NCBI GenBank assembly: GCA_029981435.1
Contig: JARRBB010000002.1
Span: forward strand, 1,042 to 65,041
DNA from: Thermotogaceae bacterium
Lineage (GTDB): Bacteria > Thermotogota > Thermotogae > B21-G9 > HyVt-16
Length of the DNA stretch: 64,000 nt
Reading direction: 5' to 3'
The notes under the pieces were generated by a model that made no database searches, was not told where the DNA came from, and saw only the letters and a program-made list of their open reading frames with translations. The position numbers and the translations under genes were made by a program. Below, one piece after another: positions 19,277 to 27,318 of this stretch; positions within the stretch are counted from its first letter, which is position 1, and every line of letters starts with the position of its first letter.

Positions 19277-20629
19277 GTGGAAAGTACTGAACCTTTAAGT
19301 ATTTCGTTAAAAACTTTCATAGATTTTCTTGTGTTGATATTTCTACTTTTTCTTTCTGGTGTATTCTCTGGCTCCGAAACAGCGCTTACCAGTATTGGAA
19401 GGTTAAAATTAAAGGAAATGCTTGACAAATCAGATAATCCAAACAAAAGGCAGATTATACATGATGCCCTCCACAAACCAAATTGGCTTTTAACAACTAT
19501 CTTGGTTTGCAACAATCTTGTCAATATACTTGCCTCATCCATAGCGACAGTAATTGCACTTGATTTATTACCAAAGAGAGCAGAAGGTATTGCAGTAGCA
19601 ATAGTTACAGGAATAATGACTTTTGCAATCTTAGTTTTCGGTGAGATAACACCAAAGATCTATGCCAAAGAAAATACTGAAAAAGTTTTTAAGAGAACAA
19701 TACAATTCATAAATTTCCTCGGAGTCATTTTAGGACCTGTAGTTTTTGTATTAATGAAGATAAGCAATTTGTTCATAAAAATGTTTGGCGGTGAAAAACT
19801 TGATGAGGCACCCTTTATCACGGAAGACGAGATAATATTTGCTGTTGAGGTTGGAAAGAAAGAAGGTATCCTTAAAAAAGAAGAAAGCGAGTTTGTTTCA
19901 CGAATATTGGAAATGAAAGACACCGATGTTCGTGAGATAATGGTTCCACGGGTAGATATGGTATGTGTTGAAGATGAAGATAATTTACTTGAACTCATAA
20001 AACTGATAAAAGAAGAAGGTTTTTCAAGAATACCTGTGTATCATGAGACAATAGATAATATAATAGGTATATGCTATGCAAAAGACATAATAAATATATT
20101 AGCTGAAGAATCTGATTTAAGAAATATTGAGAAAATAAAAGTCAGAGAATTAATGCATCAACCTTACTTTATACCCGAAACAAAAAAAATAAGTGATTTA
20201 TTATCTGAGTTCAGAAAAATGAAAATACATATGGCGATAGTTGTTGACGAGTTTGGAGGCACCTTAGGATTAGCAACTTTAGAAGATATACTGGAATACA
20301 TAGTTGGTGAAATTATGGATGAGTTTGATCATGACGAAAAGCTCGGGATAAAGCAAATTAAAGAAAATGTTTATATAATTGATGCCAAAACCCCAATTGC
20401 TGATTTAGAAAGAGAATTAAATATCGAATTTCCTGAAACAGAGTTTGAAACAATAGGAGGATATCTATTAGAGGTTTTTGAAAAAGTCCCAAGTGTTGGT
20501 GAAGAAATAGATGTAAATGGATTCAATTTTAAAATTCTTGCCGCAAGTAAGAGTAGAATTGACAAGATTCAGATGGAGATAAAGCACAAATTAAAGCAAG
20601 AAGATTTAAGTATAGAAAGTGAGGAATGA
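19277..20629 (+). CDS. CNNM/CorC-HlyC family protein (DUF21 transmembrane domain, tandem CBS, CorC_HlyC domain)
   Basis: An N-terminal four-transmembrane DUF21 domain, a CBS pair and a C-terminal transporter-associated domain are present. A GTG start follows AAAGAGGTGA. Confidence 0.8.
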   Translation: MESTEPLSISLKTFIDFLVLIFLLFLSGVFSGSETALTSIGRLKLKEMLDKSDNPNKRQIIHDALHKPNWLLTTILVCNNLVNILASSIATVIALDLLPKRAEGIAVAIVTGIMTFAILVFGEITPKIYAKENTEKVFKRTIQFINFLGVILGPVVFVLMKISNLFIKMFGGEKLDEAPFITEDEIIFAVEVGKKEGILKKEESEFVSRILEMKDTDVREIMVPRVDMVCVEDEDNLLELIKLIKEEGFSRIPVYHETIDNIIGICYAKDIINILAEESDLRNIEKIKVRELMHQPYFIPETKKISDLLSEFRKMKIHMAIVVDEFGGTLGLATLEDILEYIVGEIMDEFDHDEKLGIKQIKENVYIIDAKTPIADLERELNIEFPETEFETIGGYLLEVFEKVPSVGEEIDVNGFNFKILAASKSRIDKIQMEIKHKLKQEDLSIESEE

Positions 20630-20631
20630 AC

Positions 20632-21030
20632 ATGGATGATAAACATTTAATTGAAATAGCACGCAAAGCAAAAGAGAATGCTTATTCACCTTATTCAAAA
20701 TTCAAAGTAGGAGCGGCTCTTTTGACTAAAAATGGAAAAGTATACACCGGCTGTAATATTGAAAATTCTTCTTTCGGTCTTTCAATTTGTGCTGAAAGAG
20801 TCGCGATTTTCAAAGCAATTTCGGAAGGAGAAAAAGATTTTGAAAAAATCGTAATAGTGGCTGACACTACCGAATCAATAAGGCCTTGCGGTGCTTGCAG
20901 ACAGGTGATGTCTGAATTCGGAGATTTTGAGATTGTAATGGTTTCAAAAAAGAATGAAATAGCTAAATCCTCTGTTAGAAAGCTTTTACCTTTCAACTTC
21001 AATGGTAGTTTTTTAGAAATTCAACACTGA
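20632..21030 (+). CDS. cdd: cytidine deaminase
   Basis: CAERVAI (C/H-A-E zinc site) and PCGACRQ are present, and the N-terminus matches Cdd (AYSPYSKFKVGAALL). The second ATG at 20632 has better ribosome-binding-site spacing. Confidence 0.9.
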   Translation: MDDKHLIEIARKAKENAYSPYSKFKVGAALLTKNGKVYTGCNIENSSFGLSICAERVAIFKAISEGEKDFEKIVIVADTTESIRPCGACRQVMSEFGDFEIVMVSKKNEIAKSSVRKLLPFNFNGSFLEIQH

Positions 21031-21031
21031 A

Positions 21032-21637
21032 TCACTCAGAATATTTGAGATATGCATAAGGTATCCATAGACTAACTAAAAAGCTTCCTAGTACTGAGCC
21101 TATGAATGGGATAAATGATATCAATATTCCTATAACAACTATTAGAAAAATTATCCAGAAATTTCCCTGCGAATATGTGAAATTGATGCTTTCTTTCATG
21201 GAATCTATAATTCCAAGTTTCTTTTTGACAATAGCAGGTACAGAAACAGCAAAACTTATCATTATTATTATTCCGGGTATGATGAACAAAATCAGCCCGA
21301 TTGAAGTAAGAATTGATATTATGAAACTTGTAATTAAAAGATTTCCAATCTGTTCGACAACTCTAAACCAGCTTTTTCTCAAATCAACGGTTCCTTGAGT
21401 GAGTATCTCATCCAGAATAGCAACAAGCCATCCTTGCATTAGTAAAACTACTATCCATTCGAAAATTGAAAGAATGAAAAATCTGAATCCAGATAAGAAG
21501 ATACCACCTCTAAAAGTGACAAGAATCACAATCAGTGATACCAGCGCTGACAACAATGGTGGAATTCCTACTATAGGATATTTTTTGAGTAATTCGAATG
21601 GAGCTTTTAAGGTGTCGGTAACATTAACTTTCGCCAT
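21032..21637 (-). CDS. hypothetical integral membrane protein
   Basis: The 201-aa product has about five transmembrane helices and lies last in the minus-strand ABC operon. I recognise no domain. Confidence 0.5.
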   Translation of the reverse strand: MAKVNVTDTLKAPFELLKKYPIVGIPPLLSALVSLIVILVTFRGGIFLSGFRFFILSIFEWIVVLLMQGWLVAILDEILTQGTVDLRKSWFRVVEQIGNLLITSFIISILTSIGLILFIIPGIIIMISFAVSVPAIVKKKLGIIDSMKESINFTYSQGNFWIIFLIVVIGILISFIPFIGSVLGSFLVSLWIPYAYLKYSE

Positions 21638-22862
21638 GGGTTCCCCTCCTTAAAACTTTTCTTTTAGCTTTTCCAACTATTATTCTATCTGAATTAAATA
21701 ATTTACTTATAATAGCTATCATTAATACAGCGAAGAAAGCTGTATAAGTTATACTCCAGGAAATCATGCTGTGATCTCCAATCATCAAATTGCGGATGGC
21801 AAGCATAGGGTGAATGAATGGGATCAAAAAAGTTATGATTTTCAATGCAAATGGGAGTGTGCTAAAATCCTTAAACATGGTTATTATCATACTAAATATT
21901 GCAAGAGCAATCAACGGAAAGTTCATACTTTGAGCACTTTTAAAATCACGAGAAAATATGCCAAGCAACATCGAAATTGATATTCCTGACAGTAAAGCTG
22001 TGAAAAGTAAAATTCCTATTAGAAAATAATCATAAAATCCAAGGCCTATATTTATCAAATTTGAAGAGTCTATTGCGAAAGATTTCATGTAAAAACTGAA
22101 GCCGATCATATATATTGCAGCCATTATCAAGCCAGAAATAGCTGATGATAGTATTTTCGAAAAAACTATTTGTGTTCTTTTAACAGGCATTGTTAAGAGT
22201 GTTTCAAGGGTTTTGTTTTCCTTCTCTAAACCCATCGAAGATATTACAGAACCTCCAGCCATAAGAATCAACATCATTATGATTACTGTAGTTATTGTTG
22301 ATTGAGAAGAAATTTTACTCATCAGTTGACTTGGTGAAATTCCCGCTAAATTTTTTTCTTTCAAAAAGGTTGTATCACTTTTTAGAACAGGGTTCAAAAT
22401 AAAATCAGGATCTTTCGTTCCCATTTTTACTAACAATGATTTCGATATTTCGTTTTTTAAATAATTCAACAAATTTTCCACGACTCCTGAAGAAACTGAA
22501 TCCATTATCCCCAGACCTTTTAAAAACCAAAAAACTTTTATCTCTGGTTGAATCCCACTGTTTATTTGAAGAGTAAAATCTTCAGGAATTACTAAAAATG
22601 CTATTCCCTTGTTATTAGTCTTTGCAATACCTTCATCTACGTTTTTCCCTTCGTACAAAACTATAGATATATTTCTCAAAATATTCACTATCAAAGCTCC
22701 AAGCTCTCCATTATCGAGATTTACAACTCCTATCGATGGTTTTTTTGAAATTTCATTCTCGATATTGCCAATACTTTGTCCAATAAGTGCGTACATGAAA
22801 GACAAAGAAGCAACTATTATTATGCTTGACAGGGTAAGTTGTTCTTTTAATTCTTTCTTCAA
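21624..22862 (-). CDS. ABC-2 family transporter permease
   Basis: A large extracytoplasmic loop is followed by six C-terminal transmembrane helices. The likely start is a TTG overlapping the ATPase stop as TTGA (22862), not the ORF-track 22916. Confidence 0.7.
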   Translation of the reverse strand: MKKELKEQLTLSSIIIVASLSFMYALIGQSIGNIENEISKKPSIGVVNLDNGELGALIVNILRNISIVLYEGKNVDEGIAKTNNKGIAFLVIPEDFTLQINSGIQPEIKVFWFLKGLGIMDSVSSGVVENLLNYLKNEISKSLLVKMGTKDPDFILNPVLKSDTTFLKEKNLAGISPSQLMSKISSQSTITTVIIMMLILMAGGSVISSMGLEKENKTLETLLTMPVKRTQIVFSKILSSAISGLIMAAIYMIGFSFYMKSFAIDSSNLINIGLGFYDYFLIGILLFTALLSGISISMLLGIFSRDFKSAQSMNFPLIALAIFSMIITMFKDFSTLPFALKIITFLIPFIHPMLAIRNLMIGDHSMISWSITYTAFFAVLMIAIISKLFNSDRIIVGKAKRKVLRRGTHGES

Positions 22863-23590
22863 AAGGTTCCAGAACACTTTATCACCTCTGTAAAAACTTC
22901 TTCTATGTTTCGACAATTGTATTTCTCTATGAGTTCTTTTGGTGAACCCATTTCAACTATCTTTCCATTATTTATAAGAGCGATTCTATCACATAAAAAT
23001 TCCACTTCCAGCATATTATGAGATGATAACAAGACGGTAATTCCATGTCTTGTTGAATCCTTTATTATCTTTCTTACTTCTTGTGCATTTAAAACGTCAA
23101 GACCTGATGTGGGTTCATCGAGTATGGCAAGTTTAGGAGATATCATCAGTGTACGTGCGACTAACAATCTTCTAATCATTCCTTTGCTGTAAGTATCCAC
23201 CTTATCGTTTATTCGATCTCCTAAATTGGCTATTTCAACACCCCTATTGACGATTTCTTTCATTTTGACACCTTTTGCGAAAAATCTTGCTATAAAAACA
23301 AGATAATCAATTCCTGTGAAGTTTTTGTATGCTCCAGCATCTTCGGGAAGGTAACTTATTATTTTTCTGACTTTATCTGATTCTCTCACAATATCATAAT
23401 CAAGAATTTTAATAATTCCAGCTGTTGGTTTCAGAAGAGTTGAAATTATTCTCAAAGTAGTGGTTTTTCCAGCACCATTCGGACCTATTAATCCAAATAT
23501 TTCCCCCTCTTCTATATTAAAATTTATTCCTTTAACAGCCTCAAAAGAGTCATATGATTTTTTCAAATCAATTACTTCAACAATTGGCAA
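22859..23590 (-). CDS. ABC transporter ATP-binding protein
   Basis: Walker A GPNGAGKTT, the Q-loop, an ABC signature (YSKGMIRRL) and the Walker B motif LAILDEPTSGLD are present. Confidence 0.9.
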   Translation of the reverse strand: MPIVEVIDLKKSYDSFEAVKGINFNIEEGEIFGLIGPNGAGKTTTLRIISTLLKPTAGIIKILDYDIVRESDKVRKIISYLPEDAGAYKNFTGIDYLVFIARFFAKGVKMKEIVNRGVEIANLGDRINDKVDTYSKGMIRRLLVARTLMISPKLAILDEPTSGLDVLNAQEVRKIIKDSTRHGITVLLSSHNMLEVEFLCDRIALINNGKIVEMGSPKELIEKYNCRNIEEVFTEVIKCSGTF

Positions 23591-23638
23591 ATTCGTTCTC
23601 CTCCTCTTATTGGTATATTGTCATTATACAACAAAAAA

Positions 23639-23656
23639 GAGCCCATTTCTGGGCTC
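23639..23656 (-). terminator. rho-independent terminator downstream of tRNA-Val (also reads as a hairpin on the + strand)
   Basis: On the minus strand the stem gagccca/tgggctc (loop gaaa) is followed by TTTTTTG. Confidence 0.65.
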
Positions 23657-23668
23657 CTTTATATTTGT

Positions 23669-23743
23669 TGGTGGGTGCGGCAGGGATTGAACCTGCGACC
23701 TCTTCCGCGTCAAGGAAGCGCTCTCCCGCTGAGCTACGCACCC
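23669..23743 (-). tRNA. tRNA-Val (anticodon GAC), 75 nt with encoded CCA
   Basis: The reverse complement is GGGTGCGTAGCTCAGCGGGAGAGCGCTTCCTTGACGCGGAAGAGGTCGCAGGTTCAATCCCTGCCGCACCCACCA. A full cloverleaf can be drawn by hand, with anticodon loop TTGACGC. Confidence 0.9.
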
Positions 23744-23801
23744 AACAAGCAATTTATATGATACCTAAAATATCATAAAGTGTCAAGAGTCTCAAATGAA
23801 A

Positions 23802-24848
23802 TTAAACCTTCTCAAAGTGAATTACATCTGTTCTTTTCCTGCTTCCAAAACCTGTTCCAACCTTTCGATTTAGATTTGTTATCATCTTTTTCATACAGGG
23901 AATACATCTCATGTCTGATTCAAAAACACATATTTTATTCGGATACAATTGATAAAGTGGTTTGTATTTAGCGGGTGTTAAATTGGGCATTATAACATTT
24001 GCACCTACTTTCAGCGCAAGTTCTCTACCATTTGGATGAATGGATCCCATAGCGGTTGTTGCTGGTATATTGCTGTCGGGTATTAGAAGTCTGGTCAAAG
24101 CTATCATCTTTAAGCACATTTTTAAATCACCTGCTTTTTCTTTTCCAAGCGGTGTATCCTGATGAGGTATAAAAGGTCCTATTCCAACCATATCAGCGTC
24201 CAATTCTCTTAAAAAAATCAGGTCCAATGCCAATTCTTTTGGGCCTTGGCCAGGCAATCCAACCATACAGCCTGCACCTGTTTCATATCCAAGTTTTTTA
24301 AGAGTTTTTAAATGTTTTACTCTCATCTCAAAAGAACTATCTGGATGTAAAAAGTTGTAAAGTTTTTCACTTGCGGTTTCGTGCCTCATTAAATATCTAT
24401 CAGCACCTGATTCTTTCCAAAGTTCATAATCCTTCTCTTCTCTTTCACCAAGGCTTAGTGTAACTGCTACATTCATTTTTTTTATACTTTTTACGATATC
24501 TGCTATCATTTCTGCGGTGTAATATGGATCTTCTCCAGATTGAAGTACTATAGTTTTTATACCACGCTCAGTTATTCTTTTTGCTCTTTCGATAATTTCT
24601 TCTTTTGTCATTCTGTATCTATCTATATTCTTATTTTCACTTCTTATACCACAATAAAGACAATGTCTTCTGCAATAATTTGAAAATTCTATTATCCCTC
24701 TCAAATGAACCTCATCACCAACATATCTTTTTCTAACTTCATCCGCAGCTTCGAAAAGTTTCTCAGTATAGTCATCTTTCTCAAGTAGATAAACTAATTC
24801 CTCATAAGTTACAGTATCAGGTTTTTGAACCAGTTTTTCTATCAACAA
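23802..24848 (-). CDS. hydE: [FeFe]-hydrogenase maturase HydE (radical SAM, BioB-like)
   Basis: The CxxxCxxC motif CRRHCLYCGIRSEN and a biotin-synthase-like TIM barrel of about 350 aa are present. It sits in a cluster with hydG. Confidence 0.85.
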   Translation of the reverse strand: MLIEKLVQKPDTVTYEELVYLLEKDDYTEKLFEAADEVRKRYVGDEVHLRGIIEFSNYCRRHCLYCGIRSENKNIDRYRMTKEEIIERAKRITERGIKTIVLQSGEDPYYTAEMIADIVKSIKKMNVAVTLSLGEREEKDYELWKESGADRYLMRHETASEKLYNFLHPDSSFEMRVKHLKTLKKLGYETGAGCMVGLPGQGPKELALDLIFLRELDADMVGIGPFIPHQDTPLGKEKAGDLKMCLKMIALTRLLIPDSNIPATTAMGSIHPNGRELALKVGANVIMPNLTPAKYKPLYQLYPNKICVFESDMRCIPCMKKMITNLNRKVGTGFGSRKRTDVIHFEKV

Positions 24849-25161
24849 AGTTTTGCACCACCTTCTCTAAAATTTCTAATATTTCAGAATTCAAAGTATC
24901 TAATCCTTCTGAGAAAACAACTATATCGTCTCTTTCATATACTTTGTTAGCCGGTAAGAATTTTTCTTCTCCTGCCTTCATTTCACTAATATACGCCAGT
25001 CTCTTTCCAATTCTTTTTGTCAGCCAGATTTTACAATCATATTTTTTAGCTATGTAAGCCAGTAATTTTTTTGCTTCAGAATCTGACATCTCTTTCACCT
25101 CTATCAAGGCGTTCCAACCCTTCCAAGATTGTTTTTCTATTCTTTTCATCAAATTTTTCAA
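24817..25161 (-). CDS. small conserved hypothetical protein between hydG and hydE
   Basis: A 90-114-aa ORF overlaps both neighbours. The start may be the internal Met at 25089. From memory, Thermotoga has a small ORF in the same position. Confidence 0.45.
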   Translation of the reverse strand: MKNLMKRIEKQSWKGWNALIEVKEMSDSEAKKLLAYIAKKYDCKIWLTKRIGKRLAYISEMKAGEEKFLPANKVYERDDIVVFSEGLDTLNSEILEILEKVVQNFVDRKTGSKT

Positions 25162-26488
25162 GCTCTTTGTTTATCAACTTCTCACCCAGTGCTTTTGTTT
25201 CAGGACTTGCATAATCATTTAGATATTCTTTCAACGTGAATAAAGCATTAGGTGTACAGAAACGTTTCACAAAACCAGGAATAGCGAACTCCATAAAATG
25301 TTCTCCCGTTCTTCCAGCTCTGTAGCATGCGGTACAGAAGGAAGGTATATAACCATCTTTCAACAATTCGTATATGACCTCGTCCAGACTTCTTCTGTCT
25401 CCAAGCAGGAATTGACTCTTCTTTATAACCTCTTCATCTGTAGATGAATATGAGCCTACTCCTATGCTTGACCCTGCGTCAATCTGTGAAACCCCAAGTT
25501 TTATAACTTCATCTCTGAGTTCAGGTCTTTCGCGTGCGGTCAATATCAAACCGGTGTAAGGAACAGATAACCTGAGTATCGCAACCAGCTTCTTGAACTC
25601 TTTATCGCTGACAGGTTTAGGTGGATTTTCAGAAAAAGGTGTACCAACTGCAGGCTCGATTCTCGGAAAGGAAATAGTATGAGGTCCAACTCCAAATCTT
25701 TCTTCAAGATGTATTGTATGATGCAACAGGCCCATGACTTCATATTTCCAGTCGTACAAACCAAATAAAGCACCTATTCCAACATCATCAATTCCTGCAA
25801 TCATTGCCCTGTCGAGCCCATAAAGTCTCCAGGCAAAATTTGATTTAGGTCCTCTTGGATGAAGTTTCCTGTATGTGGGCATGTGATAGGTTTCCTGAAA
25901 TATTTGAAAAGTACCAATTCCAACTTCTTTAATTATTTTGTATCCTTCAACTGTTTGAGGAGCGGCATTAACGTTTACTCTTCTTATCTCACCATTGTCG
26001 AACTTTGTGCTATAAATAAGATCTATAGTATGTGCTATAAATTCTGGGGAATACTTTGGATGCTCGCCGTATACTACTATAAGTCTTTTATGTCCTTTAC
26101 TAACAAGAGCTTTTACTTCTTCTTTCAACTCTTCATCTGTAAGTGTTTTTCTCAAAACCTCTCTGTTCGAGACTCTGAAACCGCAGTAAACACAATCATT
26201 ACAGCATTCATTACCAATGTATAGTGGCGCAAATAAAACAATTCTATTACCATAAATGATCGTTTTCAATTTACGTGCGGCTTCGAATATTTCTTCCAGA
26301 ATTTCTTCATCCTCAACATTTAGAAGTGTTGCCGTTTCTTCTGGTTCTAATCTCTGTTTAGAAAGAGATTTTGCCAGAATATCTCTAACTTTTTTAGGAT
26401 CTGGAGTAGCACTTTCAAGCTGTTTCTTTATCTTTTCTTCAGAAATAAAAGTTTTTTCATCTACCCTTTCTTTAGCAAATACAAACAT
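25076..26488 (-). CDS. hydG: [FeFe]-hydrogenase maturase HydG (radical SAM tyrosine lyase, ThiH-like)
   Basis: An N-terminal CxxxCxxC (CCNDCVYCGF) is present. The roughly 470-aa length and the C-terminal Cys-containing region (SFCTACYRAGRTGEHF) are typical of HydG rather than ThiH. Confidence 0.85.
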   Translation of the reverse strand: MFVFAKERVDEKTFISEEKIKKQLESATPDPKKVRDILAKSLSKQRLEPEETATLLNVEDEEILEEIFEAARKLKTIIYGNRIVLFAPLYIGNECCNDCVYCGFRVSNREVLRKTLTDEELKEEVKALVSKGHKRLIVVYGEHPKYSPEFIAHTIDLIYSTKFDNGEIRRVNVNAAPQTVEGYKIIKEVGIGTFQIFQETYHMPTYRKLHPRGPKSNFAWRLYGLDRAMIAGIDDVGIGALFGLYDWKYEVMGLLHHTIHLEERFGVGPHTISFPRIEPAVGTPFSENPPKPVSDKEFKKLVAILRLSVPYTGLILTARERPELRDEVIKLGVSQIDAGSSIGVGSYSSTDEEVIKKSQFLLGDRRSLDEVIYELLKDGYIPSFCTACYRAGRTGEHFMEFAIPGFVKRFCTPNALFTLKEYLNDYASPETKALGEKLINKELEKFDEKNRKTILEGLERLDRGERDVRF

Positions 26489-26501
26489 TATCTCACCACC
26501 C

Positions 26502-26741
26502 TTAACGTTTTATCATGATCGATTTGACACGTATCCCCTTTATTTGTCCTAATTTTCCACTAAAAGCACCCATCGTATCGTTATCAGCTTTGATAATTAA
26601 AATTATTATTCCAACATCTTCTTCCTTGACTGGATACCCTACTCTCAATTCAATGTATTTAGCGTACTGATGGAGTAGTTCATTCACCTCACGATATACA
26701 GCTTCTCTGTTCTCTACAAGGATATTCAAAAGATAGTACAA
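26502..26741 (-). CDS. putative iron-only hydrogenase system regulator (small ACT/NikR-C-like protein, TM1266-type)
   Basis: A 79-aa protein is encoded as the first gene of the hydG/hydE operon. The start is TTG. Confidence 0.6.
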   Translation of the reverse strand: MYYLLNILVENREAVYREVNELLHQYAKYIELRVGYPVKEEDVGIIILIIKADNDTMGAFSGKLGQIKGIRVKSIMIKR

Positions 26742-26745
26742 AAAA

Positions 26746-26779
26746 ATCCCCTCCCTTTTTCTACACCAAGGGAGGGGAT
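26746..26779 (-). terminator. intrinsic terminator / ribosome-binding-site sequestering hairpin in the 5' leader of the hyd maturase operon
   Basis: The minus-strand RNA reads AUCCCCUCCCUU-GGUGUAGAAA-AAGGGAGGGGAU-UUUUUUUG. The 12-bp perfect stem contains the GGAGG ribosome-binding site, and its U7 tract overlaps the UUG start. Confidence 0.7.
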
Positions 26780-26835
26780 CATAATATCTGTTACTACTTC
26801 TTTATATAATGAAAGCCACTTATTTCTCATTTACT

Positions 26836-26855
26836 GATCCCTCTCCCTTGGTGTC
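26836..26855 (-). promoter_or_regulatory. upstream leader element complementary to the 5' arm of the terminator (candidate antiterminator strand)
   Basis: Minus-strand GACACCAAGGGAGAGGGAUC can pair with GAUCCCCUCCCUUGGUGUAG (26761-26780) over about 18 bp with one bulge. Confidence 0.5.
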
Positions 26856-26976
26856 AGGTTTTTTAACCCTTCACCTCAGGAATTAGAGAAAAAATTCACA
26901 ACTCCATTTTAAATTATATCATATCCTTATTTTATATAAAAAGAATTTAACCTACACTAAAAATTCCTGATATAAT

Positions 26977-27005
26977 TTGACATTTCAATACAAAATGACT
27001 ATAAT
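26977..27005 (+). promoter_or_regulatory. consensus sigma-A promoter (TTGACA-17 nt-TATAAT) for the + strand gene at 27028
   Basis: TTGACA at 26977-26982 and TATAAT at 27000-27005 with a 17-nt spacer. Confidence 0.7.
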
Positions 27006-27027
27006 TATGGTCAGAGGTGATTGGAAC

Positions 27028-27318
27028 TTGAAAATATCAGATTTGGAATTCTATTCGTTAGCCGAGGCAAAAAAGAATTTTGCAAAGGTTGTGAAAAAAT
27101 CCGAAACAAATGATGTAGTCATAACCAGAAATGGTAAGCCCTCAGTAGTAATGGTTAACTATTCCAAATATGTAAAATTAATGGATTTCATATCTAATGT
27201 GTATGAACTTTATTTAATTGATGTTGGTGAGAAAGAATTTCCTCTAATAAAGGATATTAAAAAAATCATATTTGAATCAAGTGAGGAGGTAAGTGAAGAT
27301 GGCACAGGTACTTCTTGA
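27028..27318 (+). CDS. Phd/YefM-family antitoxin-like protein (solo)
   Basis: LAEAKKNFAKVVKKSETNDVVITRNGKPSVVMVNYSKY is the Phd/YefM N-terminal fold. The ORF-track start at 26977 overlaps the promoter. A TTG at 27028 follows GGTGA. No toxin gene follows. Confidence 0.55.
   Translation: MKISDLEFYSLAEAKKNFAKVVKKSETNDVVITRNGKPSVVMVNYSKYVKLMDFISNVYELYLIDVGEKEFPLIKDIKKIIFESSEEVSEDGTGTS

Noticed and set aside
21102-21653. Two + strand ORFs (98 and 84 aa) opposite the membrane-protein gene
   Set aside because: They are antisense to a coherent transmembrane protein in an operon. They have no start context and their composition mirrors the reverse-complemented hydrophobic codons.
23460-23971. ORFs overlapping the tRNA-Val locus and the hydE 3' end
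   Set aside because: They run through a structural RNA gene and terminator and have no coding signal.
24817-25161. The small ORF between hydG and hydE as HydF
   Set aside because: It is far too short (114 aa or less) and lacks GTPase G1-G4 motifs. It is an unknown small protein, not the HydF scaffold.
26790-26900. Classical amino-acid leader-peptide attenuation for the hyd leader ORF
   Set aside because: The 34-codon leader ORF has no run of any regulatory amino acid (single Trp, no tandem codons). If it is functional, it is more likely a ribosome-occupancy switch. It is kept as a speculative note in the attenuator finding.
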